From a virus (lineage: Duplodnaviria > Caudoviricetes): a stretch of 61,892 bases of DNA. The notes beneath the pieces are model-generated. The model was not told the DNA's origin and did no database searches. It saw nothing but the letters and a program-made list of their open reading frames with translations. The DNA lies in IMG/VR virus record IMGVR_UViG_3300037961_003161, positions 1-61,892 of that record. One strand, 5' to 3'. Position 1 is the first letter of the stretch; each line of letters opens with the position of its first letter. Below are positions 25,494-35,365 of the stretch, piece by piece. Made by a program: the position numbers and the translations under genes.

Positions 25494-26933
25494 ATGGCAA
25501 TTACAAGTGCAAGTGGTATAGATGCGGCTCCTAGAAAACAGACGCTATCATCTAACTACGTAGACTTTACGTCGTCCGATACTGAAGGTTGGGCGCAACA
25601 ATACTTACCAGACCTTATGGAAAAAGAAGCTGAGGTTTATGGTAAAAGAACTATCGCAGGATTTTTAGCGCAAGTTGGAGCTGAAGAGCCATCTGCTTCT
25701 GACAGAGTAATCTGGTCTGAGCAAGGTCGTCTTCACTTAGCTTACACTGCTAAGTATAAAGATTCTAACGATACTTACGAAATTGAAAATGATATTGACG
25801 GTAACTCTGTTGGTGTAAACCACGGTTTAAGAGTTGGTGATATGGTTATCATGTCTGTAGCTGATCAAACAGCTAAAGGCTATGTATCAGCTATTAACGA
25901 AGACGGTGACAACGCTGCTGAGTTTACAGTATTAGCTTACGGTGCAGCTAACATGGCTACCGCTTTAGGTTCTACTGCTACAGGTTCAGAATTAGTTAGA
26001 GTTTTAGTTATTGGTTCTGAATTTGAAAAAGGAACTGATGGAAGATCTTCTGCTAACGCTCCACAGTTTAAATCTCACTCTAACAAGCACATCATTATGA
26101 AGGATTACTACGAAGTATCTGGATCTGATGCGTCTCAAATTGGTTGGGTTGAAATTTCTGGTGAAGAAGGACAGAACGGTTACCTATGGTATTTAAAAGC
26201 TGAAGGTGATACAAGAGCTCGTTTTTCTGATTACTTAGAAATGACTATGCTAGAAGCTGAAAAAGCTATTGACGGTGCTGGTGCTATTGGTGGTACTGAC
26301 CAAAGTACTTCTGATGGTACTGAAGGTTTGTTTGCTGCTATCGAAACAAGAGGTCACCAATCAACTGGTATTACTGGCGTTAACGCTGCTAACGATTTAG
26401 CTGAGTTTGATGCTATTTTAGCTGTGTTTGATCAAAACGGTGCTATTGAAGAAAACATGTTCTTTGTTGATCGTTCAACTAGTTTGGCTATCGATGATAT
26501 GTTAGCTTCAATGAACTCTTACGGAGCTGGTGGTACATCTTACGGTGTGTTTGACAACTCTGAAGATATGGCGTTGAACTTAGGTTTCTCTGGATTTAGA
26601 AGAGGTTCTTATGACTTCTATAAGTCTGACTTCCGTTACTTAAACGACAAAGGTACTCGTGGAGCTCTTAATGATACTGTGAATAATATTCGTGGTGTTG
26701 TTATTCCTGCTGGTGTATCTTCTGTTTATGACGAGCAGTTAGGTAGAAACATGAAGCGTCCTTTCTTACACGTACGTTTCCGTCAGTCTCAAACTGAGTC
26801 TAGAAAATACAAGACTTGGGTTACTGGTTCTGTTGGAGCAGCTACGTCTGGTAAAGACACAATGGAAGTACATTATTTATCTGAAAGATGTTTAATTGTA
26901 CAAGGTGCTAACAACTTTATGTTGTTAAACTAA
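25494..26933 (+). CDS. Major capsid protein
   Basis: Position, 479 aa, strongly biased codon usage, followed by strong terminator. Confidence 0.85.
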   Translation: MAITSASGIDAAPRKQTLSSNYVDFTSSDTEGWAQQYLPDLMEKEAEVYGKRTIAGFLAQVGAEEPSASDRVIWSEQGRLHLAYTAKYKDSNDTYEIENDIDGNSVGVNHGLRVGDMVIMSVADQTAKGYVSAINEDGDNAAEFTVLAYGAANMATALGSTATGSELVRVLVIGSEFEKGTDGRSSANAPQFKSHSNKHIIMKDYYEVSGSDASQIGWVEISGEEGQNGYLWYLKAEGDTRARFSDYLEMTMLEAEKAIDGAGAIGGTDQSTSDGTEGLFAAIETRGHQSTGITGVNAANDLAEFDAILAVFDQNGAIEENMFFVDRSTSLAIDDMLASMNSYGAGGTSYGVFDNSEDMALNLGFSGFRRGSYDFYKSDFRYLNDKGTRGALNDTVNNIRGVVIPAGVSSVYDEQLGRNMKRPFLHVRFRQSQTESRKYKTWVTGSVGAATSGKDTMEVHYLSERCLIVQGANNFMLLN

Positions 26934-26942
26934 TACTTTATT

Positions 26943-26975
26943 AAGGTCGAGGGCTTCGGTCCTCGATCTTTTTTT
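26943..26975 (+). terminator. Rho-independent terminator
   Basis: AAGGTCGAGGGC-TTCG-GTCCTCGATCTT then T-run. Confidence 0.9.
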
Positions 26976-26995
26976 AATTTTTATTATATTATATT

Positions 26996-27829
26996 ATGGC
27001 AAAGAAACAAACAAAAAAGGCTGAAGTAGCGCCTGAGATAAAAGCTACTAATGATATGGTTGAAGTGGTTATTGAAAAGCCGGTTCAAAAAAGTAAAAGC
27101 GTTGAAGATGGTTGGGAAATAAAAGATAGAATGTACTATCTTAAAAACAATAGATCTCCGTTAACGTATTTAATAAGAGGTAGCAATATTTTCTGGTTTG
27201 ACGAAGAGAAAGGCTACGAAAGAGAATTAAAGTACACGTCTAATCAAAGAACTTGCTTTGTTGATGAGATGAAAGGCGAGCAAAGATTAGAGCATATTAT
27301 ATTTCAAAACGGACAGCTTTTTGTACCTAAAAACAAAAGTGTACTTCAAAAGTTATTAAGTTTATATCACCCTCACAGAGATAAACTCTTTGAAGAGCAT
27401 AAGCCTGTTGAAATAGCTGCTAACGAAATAGATGTTCTAGAACTAGAAGTAGAAGCTTTAGTTGCTGCTAGAAGTTTAGATATTGATATTGCTGAAGCGG
27501 TTATGCGAGTAGAAGTTGGCTCTGAGGTTAATCAGATGAGTTCTAAGGAATTAAAAAGAGATTTACTATTATACGCTAAAAGAAATCCTTCTTTGTTCTT
27601 AGAGTTAGTTAATGATGACAATGTTATGTTAAGAAACTTTGGTATTAAAGCCGTAGAAGCTGGATTAATAAAGTTGTCACCTAATCAAAGAGAGTTTTTA
27701 TGGGCTACAAATGATAGAAAACTTATGACAGTTCCTTTTGATGAGCACCCATATTCTGCTTTAGCCGCTTGGTTTAAAACAGATGAAGGTATGGAGATAT
27801 ACTCCAATATTGAAAAGCGCTTAAAATAA
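26996..27829 (+). CDS. Conserved morphogenesis-module protein
   Basis: 277-aa ORF after capsid. Confidence 0.7.
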   Translation: MAKKQTKKAEVAPEIKATNDMVEVVIEKPVQKSKSVEDGWEIKDRMYYLKNNRSPLTYLIRGSNIFWFDEEKGYERELKYTSNQRTCFVDEMKGEQRLEHIIFQNGQLFVPKNKSVLQKLLSLYHPHRDKLFEEHKPVEIAANEIDVLELEVEALVAARSLDIDIAEAVMRVEVGSEVNQMSSKELKRDLLLYAKRNPSLFLELVNDDNVMLRNFGIKAVEAGLIKLSPNQREFLWATNDRKLMTVPFDEHPYSALAAWFKTDEGMEIYSNIEKRLK

Positions 27830-27840
27830 GTGATTATTTA
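27830..27840 (+). promoter_or_regulatory. Putative late promoter box GTGATTATTTA
   Basis: Variant of GTAATWATATA in intergenic gap. Confidence 0.4.
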
Positions 27841-27841
27841 T

Positions 27842-27875
27842 AAAGTTGAGCTGCCAAGTGAGGTGGCTCAACTTT
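27842..27875 (+). other. Stem-loop (terminator or RNA stability/processing element)
   Basis: AAAGTTGAGCTGCC-AAGTGA-GGTGGCTCAACTTT. Confidence 0.65.
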
Positions 27876-27893
27876 GTAATAAAAATAAAATAA

Positions 27894-29132
27894 ATGGCAA
27901 TATCTATAAACACAGTATATCAAAGAGTATTGGCTATTGCCAACAAAGAGCAAAACGGTTATTTAACACCGCAAGAGTTTAATATTTTTGCAAACTTAGC
28001 TCAAACAGAAATATTTGAGCAATATTTTTACGACACTAATCAATACGGTAGAGTTTCTGGAAACAGTAAAGAGTATAGTGATATGCTCAATATATTAGAC
28101 GAAAAAATAATTCCGTTTACTAAAAATCAAACTTCTTCTATAACTTCAAGCTCTGAGCCTGCTTACGCCGCTACGTTTGGTAGTACTTTAGTTACTAACG
28201 GTACGTTTGACTCTGGAATAACTAATTGGACAGCTGGTACTGCTAGTGATGAAAATGGCGGTAGTCAATTATATGATTCTGACACGCAAAGTATAAAGCT
28301 AGAAAATGACGCCGCAAACAATGTTTTTAAGTCTAAGCAAACTATTACTACTGTAGCAGGAACTCTTTATAGAGTTAAAGCTGACATTAACGCTGCCAGC
28401 TTAAATACTACAGCTACTAATGCTAATGCTACAGCTCACGTAAAAGCTGGAATTGTATCTTCTAACAAAGTAGTATCTGGCACTAGCCAATCTATAGAAT
28501 TTTATTTTACAGCATTATCTACAAGTACTTCGTTAGAACTAATTATAACATGTACGGGAAACACTGGAGCCACTGATTTCGCTTTGTTTGACAATGTAAA
28601 AGTACAAGAAGCTAGCGGTAGAAAATTAAGAATATTTCCTGGAGGAAATTATCCTGGATCATTAAATAGTGCTAAAATATATATGTTAGGAACAGTAATG
28701 TATACAGATTCTAACGGTAATTTTAAAAAGCTAGATAAAGTGCTACCTAACGATTTTATACATATAAACTCTTCGCCATTAACAAAGCCTACACTTAGCA
28801 ACCCAGTTTATGTAGCTGATGAGTCGCATACGGTTAGAGGTGTAGATTTAAATAGATACGAAATATCAGTATATCCTTCGTCAATATCTTCCGGAGAAAT
28901 AGCTGTAAATTATATAGCAGCACCAACAAGATGTTATTGGGCTTACAATGTTGTTAATGAAAAACCATTGTATGACGCTAGTAAGTCAGTGAACTTTGAA
29001 TTACATCAATCTGAGACTAATACACTAGTAAATAAAATATTACAGTTAGCTGGCATATCAATGCAAAAAGATAATATTGAAAAGTCTGCTATAGCAAGAG
29101 AAAATAAAGAAATACAACAACAAAAATCATAA
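27894..29132 (+). CDS. Head-tail adaptor/ring protein with inserted CBM-like domain
   Basis: VYQRVLAIANKEQNGYLTPQEFN N-terminus; internal LVTNGTFD...W...FDNVKVQE. Confidence 0.7.
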   Translation: MAISINTVYQRVLAIANKEQNGYLTPQEFNIFANLAQTEIFEQYFYDTNQYGRVSGNSKEYSDMLNILDEKIIPFTKNQTSSITSSSEPAYAATFGSTLVTNGTFDSGITNWTAGTASDENGGSQLYDSDTQSIKLENDAANNVFKSKQTITTVAGTLYRVKADINAASLNTTATNANATAHVKAGIVSSNKVVSGTSQSIEFYFTALSTSTSLELIITCTGNTGATDFALFDNVKVQEASGRKLRIFPGGNYPGSLNSAKIYMLGTVMYTDSNGNFKKLDKVLPNDFIHINSSPLTKPTLSNPVYVADESHTVRGVDLNRYEISVYPSSISSGEIAVNYIAAPTRCYWAYNVVNEKPLYDASKSVNFELHQSETNTLVNKILQLAGISMQKDNIEKSAIARENKEIQQQKS

Positions 29133-29135
29133 TAA

Positions 29136-30008
29136 ATGGGATTAATAACAGAAACTGGTTCGGCATATTATAGCGGTAGTAATTTAGGAGGCTATCAGTT
29201 TACTTCTCTTGAAAATATTATTGATCAATTTATTATAGCGTATGTTGGAGAAGATAAAATAATAAGCAAGGTAAGAAAGCAAGATGTAGTTTTTCATGCT
29301 AAAAGAGGTTTACAAGAACTTAGTTTTGATGTTTTTAAATCTACAAAAGCTTTTGAAATAGTTGTACCTGCTACGCTTCAAATGTCATTACCTCAAGATT
29401 ACGTTAATTACGTTAAACTTTCTTACACTGACAGTTCTGGTATAGAGCATAATTTATATCCAGCTAGAGTAACTAGCAATCCAGAAAAAATAACTCAAGG
29501 CGCTGATGGTAGTTACACTTTTAGCGGTGATGAAATACAAACCTCAGACTCTACAACTTGGGATAACTATAAAAGCAACACTCCTTCTGAAAACAATAAG
29601 AACGACTTTGATTACGACGACAATATTCCTGACTACAATATAGGTAGAAGATATGGTATTGATCCTGCTCATGCTCAAGTAAATGGATCTTATTATATCG
29701 ATGAGTTGAAAGGTAAAATACACTTTAGCTCAAACTTATCTGGAGAAACTATAACGCTAAAATATATTAGTGATAGCTTAGGTACAGACGCTGAGATGCA
29801 GGTTCATAAGTTTGCAGAGGAAGCAATGTATAAATATATAGCTTACGCTATATTATCTACTAGAGCTAACGTTCCTATAAATACAGTTCTTAGATTTAAA
29901 AAAGAAGCTGCTGCATCAAAACGCCAAGCTAAACTTAGACTTTCTAATATTAAGCTTGAAGAAATAACACAAATACTAAGAGGAAAGTCTAAACGAATTA
30001 AACACTAA
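29136..30008 (+). CDS. Tail ring/tubular structural protein
   Basis: LPQDYVNYVKL, LKYISD motifs; position. Confidence 0.7.
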   Translation: MGLITETGSAYYSGSNLGGYQFTSLENIIDQFIIAYVGEDKIISKVRKQDVVFHAKRGLQELSFDVFKSTKAFEIVVPATLQMSLPQDYVNYVKLSYTDSSGIEHNLYPARVTSNPEKITQGADGSYTFSGDEIQTSDSTTWDNYKSNTPSENNKNDFDYDDNIPDYNIGRRYGIDPAHAQVNGSYYIDELKGKIHFSSNLSGETITLKYISDSLGTDAEMQVHKFAEEAMYKYIAYAILSTRANVPINTVLRFKKEAAASKRQAKLRLSNIKLEEITQILRGKSKRIKH

Positions 30009-30010
30009 AT

Positions 30011-33000
30011 ATGGCGCAGTTACAAAGAAATTTTCTCAAGGCTAGAATGAACAAAGATCTTGACGAGAGACTTGTTCCTGACGGCGAATACACAGATGCT
30101 TTAAATATTCAAATAGCAACTTCAGAAAGCGCTCAAGTAGGATCAGTACAGTCAATACCTAGTAATCACGAGTGGCTAATGAACTCAGGCGTTTCTAGCT
30201 CTGCTCAAACAGTTGGTGTTTTTAATGACAGCGAAAAAAATCACATATACAATTTTGTTTGTGATAGTATAAATTTTGAGCAAGAAAATATTATTTTACC
30301 AGACGGTACAGAGAAAAAATTACTACTTGGCGTAAGATCAGACACTATATATAGAATATCACCTGACAAAAACGCGGCTGTTAGAAGTACTGCTGACATT
30401 GTAATACACGATATATACGAGGTCAGATTAATGCCAAAGATAACATCTGTTACTAATAACACTACAGATCAAATAACGCTTGGTGGTGATATTCAATTTA
30501 GTTTACAAGCAACTGATAGTAATCAGGTTTATGATAGAAATAAGCATATTAGACCTGGTATGCGCGTTCAAGCTATAGACTTAGCGGGTAATGATGTTTA
30601 CGGATTAAACAATAAAATAATAGTTAAATATGTAAGTCAAGTTGGAGCTTCCACAATAATACAAACTACAGGTATAAACGGAGTTTTTGAGTCTTTGTAT
30701 ACTTCTACTATGGCAGATCAGGGTGTTTATTTAAAGTTTACAATGCCTAGAATTTTAAAGTTTAGAAAAGGTGATAGTTTAGAATTAGAAATAAACAATG
30801 GCTCTCCTTTTAACTCAGAAGGTAGCTATGTTGAGCCAAATTATTTCCCTAAAAGTCTTGATGATACAAGATCTAAAATACCTAAATCAAGCGGTAAAAA
30901 CACTTATACACCTTATAATTCTTATATTTCTTCTATAAGTCTAATAGACAACTATCTAATGTGGACTGATGGTAGAAACGAGCCTAAAAAAATAAACATA
31001 GATAGATGTATTAAAGGTAATGACCAGAATAGCTTTAGTGACTTTGTTGGTTTAAACATACAAAGAGCTCACCACACTATGCTTGTTGTGGAGTCAAATC
31101 AAAAAACTTTTGGTGTTGGTTATTTAAAAGAGTCACATATTACTACTTTAAAACCTAATCCATGTAATGCTTTAGAAGCTCAGGCTGTAAACTCTAGCTC
31201 TTCTTCATACTCTAACATACCTATATTTGGAAAAGATGCTAATACTGATCAGCCTTTTGCAGCTTGGTCACTTCATGACAATTCTAATAATTTCTTTAGC
31301 CCTAGTGATCCAATATGGATTAAGCCAGGAATTGCTGGAACTTCATTTGCTGTAGGCGCAATAATTACGCTAACAGGACAACAGTCATCTACTCAAGTTC
31401 AAGTTCAAATAGATAGTATAGTTAATCAAGGCTCTGCTGAGCAATACTACGTTGCTAACTTAATAACTGAAGTACCAGATGGCTATACAGTAGAAGCTCC
31501 TGATGAAGTTTGGAGTGCTTTTGTAAAACCTACTGATGGCTTATATAATCAAGACTTTGTTAGCTTTTCTTATAGATATGTTTATTCTGATGGAGAGGTT
31601 TCTTGTTTAGCACCGTTTACATCACCGGTTTTTGCGGCAGGTGATTATGCTTATAGCTCTAAAAACGGTTTTAATCTTGGCATGCAGAATAATATTGAAG
31701 AAATAAAGCTGCACAGTTACGAAAATAAAAGTATGCCTTTAGATGTTGTTTCGTTAGAATTTGTTTTTAAAAGTCAAAAATCAGACAACGTATATTCTTT
31801 TAGAACAATAGATAGAGTTTTTCAACCTATATCTAATTTTGAGTTAGGATCTCTTGTTCTTCAGTATTCGCCAAGCTTTTTTCACTCTGGACCACAAGGT
31901 AGTTATACTATTAAAGAAAAGTTGTTTGGCTATACAATACCATCTGATCAGCTTACTAGATCTTTTGACGCTGTACCTAAGAAAGCTATAGCTCAAGAAG
32001 TTCAAGCTAATAGATTGATGTATGCTAACTACACTCAAGATTACAATTTAGTAGATACTAACGGTTTATATGTACAGCCAAATATTAACACTCAAGTTCT
32101 TAGCACTAGTTCTGGCTTTGGAGCTTCTTTTTCGTCTGTAAATATACTGTCAGCTTCTATAGGTTCTTACAATGTAGTAAACAATGATCCAGACACTGTT
32201 GAAACCGATCCTTTTGTGTCAGTAAACGATCCTACAACTTATGCGTTAGATAATTTAGGACCACAAAACTTATACACTACATCAGCAATACAAATGGGTG
32301 TAGAATACGACCCTGGAGATAATTGGAACGGTACAGTTTACACTGCTCCGGAAACAGGTGAGTATACTATATCAGGTTTTGCGCGCGTTAGAGGTAGTTA
32401 TGGAGTTTACGATACTAGTGGTAGTGTTTTTGTTTATACGGTTGTACCTAGAAATTTAAGATTAGCAATATACTACGCTAATGGTCAAATAGCTGTTGGA
32501 GAACCGCTTTATACCACAGGTTACAATAACGCGGCAGCGATGGAGGCTAATGGTTTTGAGCTTGAACAAACTAACTTCAATAGCGGCGGTCAGTTTCCGC
32601 AGCAAAATTACATAACTTTATCGCCACTAGAAGCTAATTATATATATTTTGAAGCTACAATAAATTTATTCGCAGGAAATCAAATAGCTCTTTTTGCACA
32701 ATCAAACCAACTAGGAGAAGGACCGATTGACAGTGATCCTAACGATGTTGAAATAGCTATTGCTGATTTTAATGTAACAGGCACGCCTTCATCTCAGTTT
32801 GATTTGCCTAGCTTAAGAGGTCAAAAATCTATAAAGTCAGAAAGAAACTACAATGTTGGTATAGTTTATAGAGATGAACTTGGAAGAGAGTCGTCTGTGT
32901 TAATTGGTGACGACGAAGACTTTAATTGTTTAAAAGAAAAGTCAGCGTTTTCTAATTATTTATCTTTTGCTATAAATAATAACGCGCCTCAATGGGCTAA

Positions 33001-35347
33001 AACTTATAAACTCTTTATAAAAGAAAATACTTCTAAATACAGTAATTTAGTTTTAGAATCAGCTTTTATATCAGATCCAGAAGAAGGTGATTATGTTTAT
33101 TTAGTTTTTAATTCGTTAGATATAAATAAGGTAAAAATAGGTGATTATTTAGTAGCTAAAAAACAGCAAGGTACAAGTGTTGCTATAACAGACACGGAAG
33201 CTAAGTATAGAATAATTTCAATAATTGGTGACGCTGAGTTTAACGACGACGGTAGCGCTTTAACAGTTGGTAACACAGCTGTACCTAACAGTGTTATAGC
33301 TACAGCCGATCAATTAGATGGTAAGTTTTTTGTTAAAGTGTTTAGAGAAGGTATTCAAGGGCCAGACGCTGTGCTAGGAGTTTTTGAAACTGGTGATGAT
33401 GGAGAAGCGGCAATTATATCTAGTGGAAATAACAACGGCGCCGTGTTTGAAGTAGAACCAGACTCTACTTTAGACTTAGACTTATACTATGAAATTAGCG
33501 ACGCTTTACCTATAAGGTTAGATAATTACTACGCCGACAAGTATATACGTAAAGGTTCTTATGTGTCTATAAGCAACAGCTCTGGAAGTTCTTTTGGAGT
33601 GTTCAGTAGCGCTAACTACCAGCAGCTACCTCGAGTAAACAGCGTAAGAGGAGCCATGACAAATGGATCTTTACAACAGCTACATAGCAACGTAGATGCT
33701 TATTGCGCTGTAATTTTAGATGACTTTGCAAACGTGTATATAGACACGAGCTATGAGTATAATGGTGTGCCAGACACAGTTGTTACTTTTTATGTTTCTG
33801 CAAGAGAGTCTTATCAAGCGTACTTAGCTAAACCTGTATCACCCGGCGATACTACAATATACGTTCTTCCGGATGTTCACGGTAACGGTTTAAAAGTAGC
33901 GCCAGGTTTTTACAATTGTATTTCTTTTGGCAACGGCGTAGAGTCTGATACTATTAGAGATGATTTTAACGCGGCTGAACTATTAAAATATACCGCTACA
34001 GGAAAGCAAAGTGGCGTTAGAGCAAGTCTACCCGCGAAAAGCTACAAGGAGTATACTAGCCCTAGCAATATAATATTTTCAGAAATATACAACGATTCTG
34101 CAGGATCAAATAGATTTAACGAGTTTTTAGTTTCAAAAAATATTATTAAGCAAATAAATCCTGACTATGGTAGTATACAAAAACTATTTTCAAGAGATAA
34201 TGATTTGCTAACTTTATGTGAGAAAAAATGTTTAAGGGTTTTGTCTGAAAAAGACGCTCTATTCAATGCTGATGGTAACCCACAGTTGTTAGCTACAGAC
34301 AAAGTTTTAGGACAAGCTATACCTTTTGCCGGCGACTATGGTATATCTAAAAATCCAGAAAGCTTTGCGGCTGACGAGTACAGATGTTATTTTACAGACT
34401 CTAACAGAGGTGCTGTTTTAAGGCTCTCTAAAGACGGCATAACTCCAATATCTAGATCAGGTATGGACGATTGGTTTTCAGACCATCTAGTAAACTCTAG
34501 AGCTATTATAGGATCTTTTGATGGCGACAAAGAAGAATATAACGTAACTTTGCACGAAATACTTCAACCAGGTGTTAGCAAATTAGTTTATACTGTTTCT
34601 TTTTCAGAAGAAGTTGATGGTTGGACAAGTTTTAAATCTTATATACAGGATGCTGGATTAACTATAAATAATAAGTATTATACTTTTAAAAATGGGCTAC
34701 CTTGGAGGCATAGCGTTCAAGAAATAGCTCCAGTTTTGTTAACTACATCTGTTGGTGACGGGTCAACTATACTTTCGCCTGAGAACGATGCTTTACAAGA
34801 CTTTTTATTTAATTCGCCAAAGTATAATTCTTTTTACGGTGTTCAATATATATCTGAAATAACTACTTTATTTAACAGTAACTCGGACGTTGTTAAAACT
34901 TTTAGATACTTTAACTACGAAGGTAGTCAAGCTAGAGTTATTCAAAACCATGATGACGATGAGTACTATAACTTAAACTCAAAACCTGGTTGGTATTGTG
35001 AGTTCATAAACACTGACTTGCAAGAAGCTGGCAGATCTTACTTTGTAGAAAAAGAAGGTAAATGGTTTGGATATGTTAAAGGAGCTCAAACAAAGCATAA
35101 GAACATTGCTGATGGCGGAACTGAGCTAGACACTAATATAGATACAAAAGAACATAACATTCAAGGTTTAGGTAATGTGGTTGAAGATGTAACTTTAATA
35201 AGTGGTACATTACCTAGTTTCGGCTATAACGTTTATATTAGTACTAACTACGAATTTGCCTCCCAACTTTCTGGGCCAGAATCATCTGTCTTTAGTTCAG
35301 GTGGATCAGGAACTTCTAGCGGAGGATCAGGTGGTGGTGGTTATTAA
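30011..35347 (+). CDS. Tail nozzle/stabilisation protein
   Basis: MNKDLDERLVPDGEY.DALN start; YGISKNPESFA...YFTD..RGAVLRLS.DG. Confidence 0.75.
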   Translation: MAQLQRNFLKARMNKDLDERLVPDGEYTDALNIQIATSESAQVGSVQSIPSNHEWLMNSGVSSSAQTVGVFNDSEKNHIYNFVCDSINFEQENIILPDGTEKKLLLGVRSDTIYRISPDKNAAVRSTADIVIHDIYEVRLMPKITSVTNNTTDQITLGGDIQFSLQATDSNQVYDRNKHIRPGMRVQAIDLAGNDVYGLNNKIIVKYVSQVGASTIIQTTGINGVFESLYTSTMADQGVYLKFTMPRILKFRKGDSLELEINNGSPFNSEGSYVEPNYFPKSLDDTRSKIPKSSGKNTYTPYNSYISSISLIDNYLMWTDGRNEPKKINIDRCIKGNDQNSFSDFVGLNIQRAHHTMLVVESNQKTFGVGYLKESHITTLKPNPCNALEAQAVNSSSSSYSNIPIFGKDANTDQPFAAWSLHDNSNNFFSPSDPIWIKPGIAGTSFAVGAIITLTGQQSSTQVQVQIDSIVNQGSAEQYYVANLITEVPDGYTVEAPDEVWSAFVKPTDGLYNQDFVSFSYRYVYSDGEVSCLAPFTSPVFAAGDYAYSSKNGFNLGMQNNIEEIKLHSYENKSMPLDVVSLEFVFKSQKSDNVYSFRTIDRVFQPISNFELGSLVLQYSPSFFHSGPQGSYTIKEKLFGYTIPSDQLTRSFDAVPKKAIAQEVQANRLMYANYTQDYNLVDTNGLYVQPNINTQVLSTSSGFGASFSSVNILSASIGSYNVVNNDPDTVETDPFVSVNDPTTYALDNLGPQNLYTTSAIQMGVEYDPGDNWNGTVYTAPETGEYTISGFARVRGSYGVYDTSGSVFVYTVVPRNLRLAIYYANGQIAVGEPLYTTGYNNAAAMEANGFELEQTNFNSGGQFPQQNYITLSPLEANYIYFEATINLFAGNQIALFAQSNQLGEGPIDSDPNDVEIAIADFNVTGTPSSQFDLPSLRGQKSIKSERNYNVGIVYRDELGRESSVLIGDDEDFNCLKEKSAFSNYLSFAINNNAPQWAKTYKLFIKENTSKYSNLVLESAFISDPEEGDYVYLVFNSLDINKVKIGDYLVAKKQQGTSVAITDTEAKYRIISIIGDAEFNDDGSALTVGNTAVPNSVIATADQLDGKFFVKVFREGIQGPDAVLGVFETGDDGEAAIISSGNNNGAVFEVEPDSTLDLDLYYEISDALPIRLDNYYADKYIRKGSYVSISNSSGSSFGVFSSANYQQLPRVNSVRGAMTNGSLQQLHSNVDAYCAVILDDFANVYIDTSYEYNGVPDTVVTFYVSARESYQAYLAKPVSPGDTTIYVLPDVHGNGLKVAPGFYNCISFGNGVESDTIRDDFNAAELLKYTATGKQSGVRASLPAKSYKEYTSPSNIIFSEIYNDSAGSNRFNEFLVSKNIIKQINPDYGSIQKLFSRDNDLLTLCEKKCLRVLSEKDALFNADGNPQLLATDKVLGQAIPFAGDYGISKNPESFAADEYRCYFTDSNRGAVLRLSKDGITPISRSGMDDWFSDHLVNSRAIIGSFDGDKEEYNVTLHEILQPGVSKLVYTVSFSEEVDGWTSFKSYIQDAGLTINNKYYTFKNGLPWRHSVQEIAPVLLTTSVGDGSTILSPENDALQDFLFNSPKYNSFYGVQYISEITTLFNSNSDVVKTFRYFNYEGSQARVIQNHDDDEYYNLNSKPGWYCEFINTDLQEAGRSYFVEKEGKWFGYVKGAQTKHKNIADGGTELDTNIDTKEHNIQGLGNVVEDVTLISGTLPSFGYNVYISTNYEFASQLSGPESSVFSSGGSGTSSGGSGGGGY

Positions 35348-35365
35348 TTAACAATTTAATAAATA

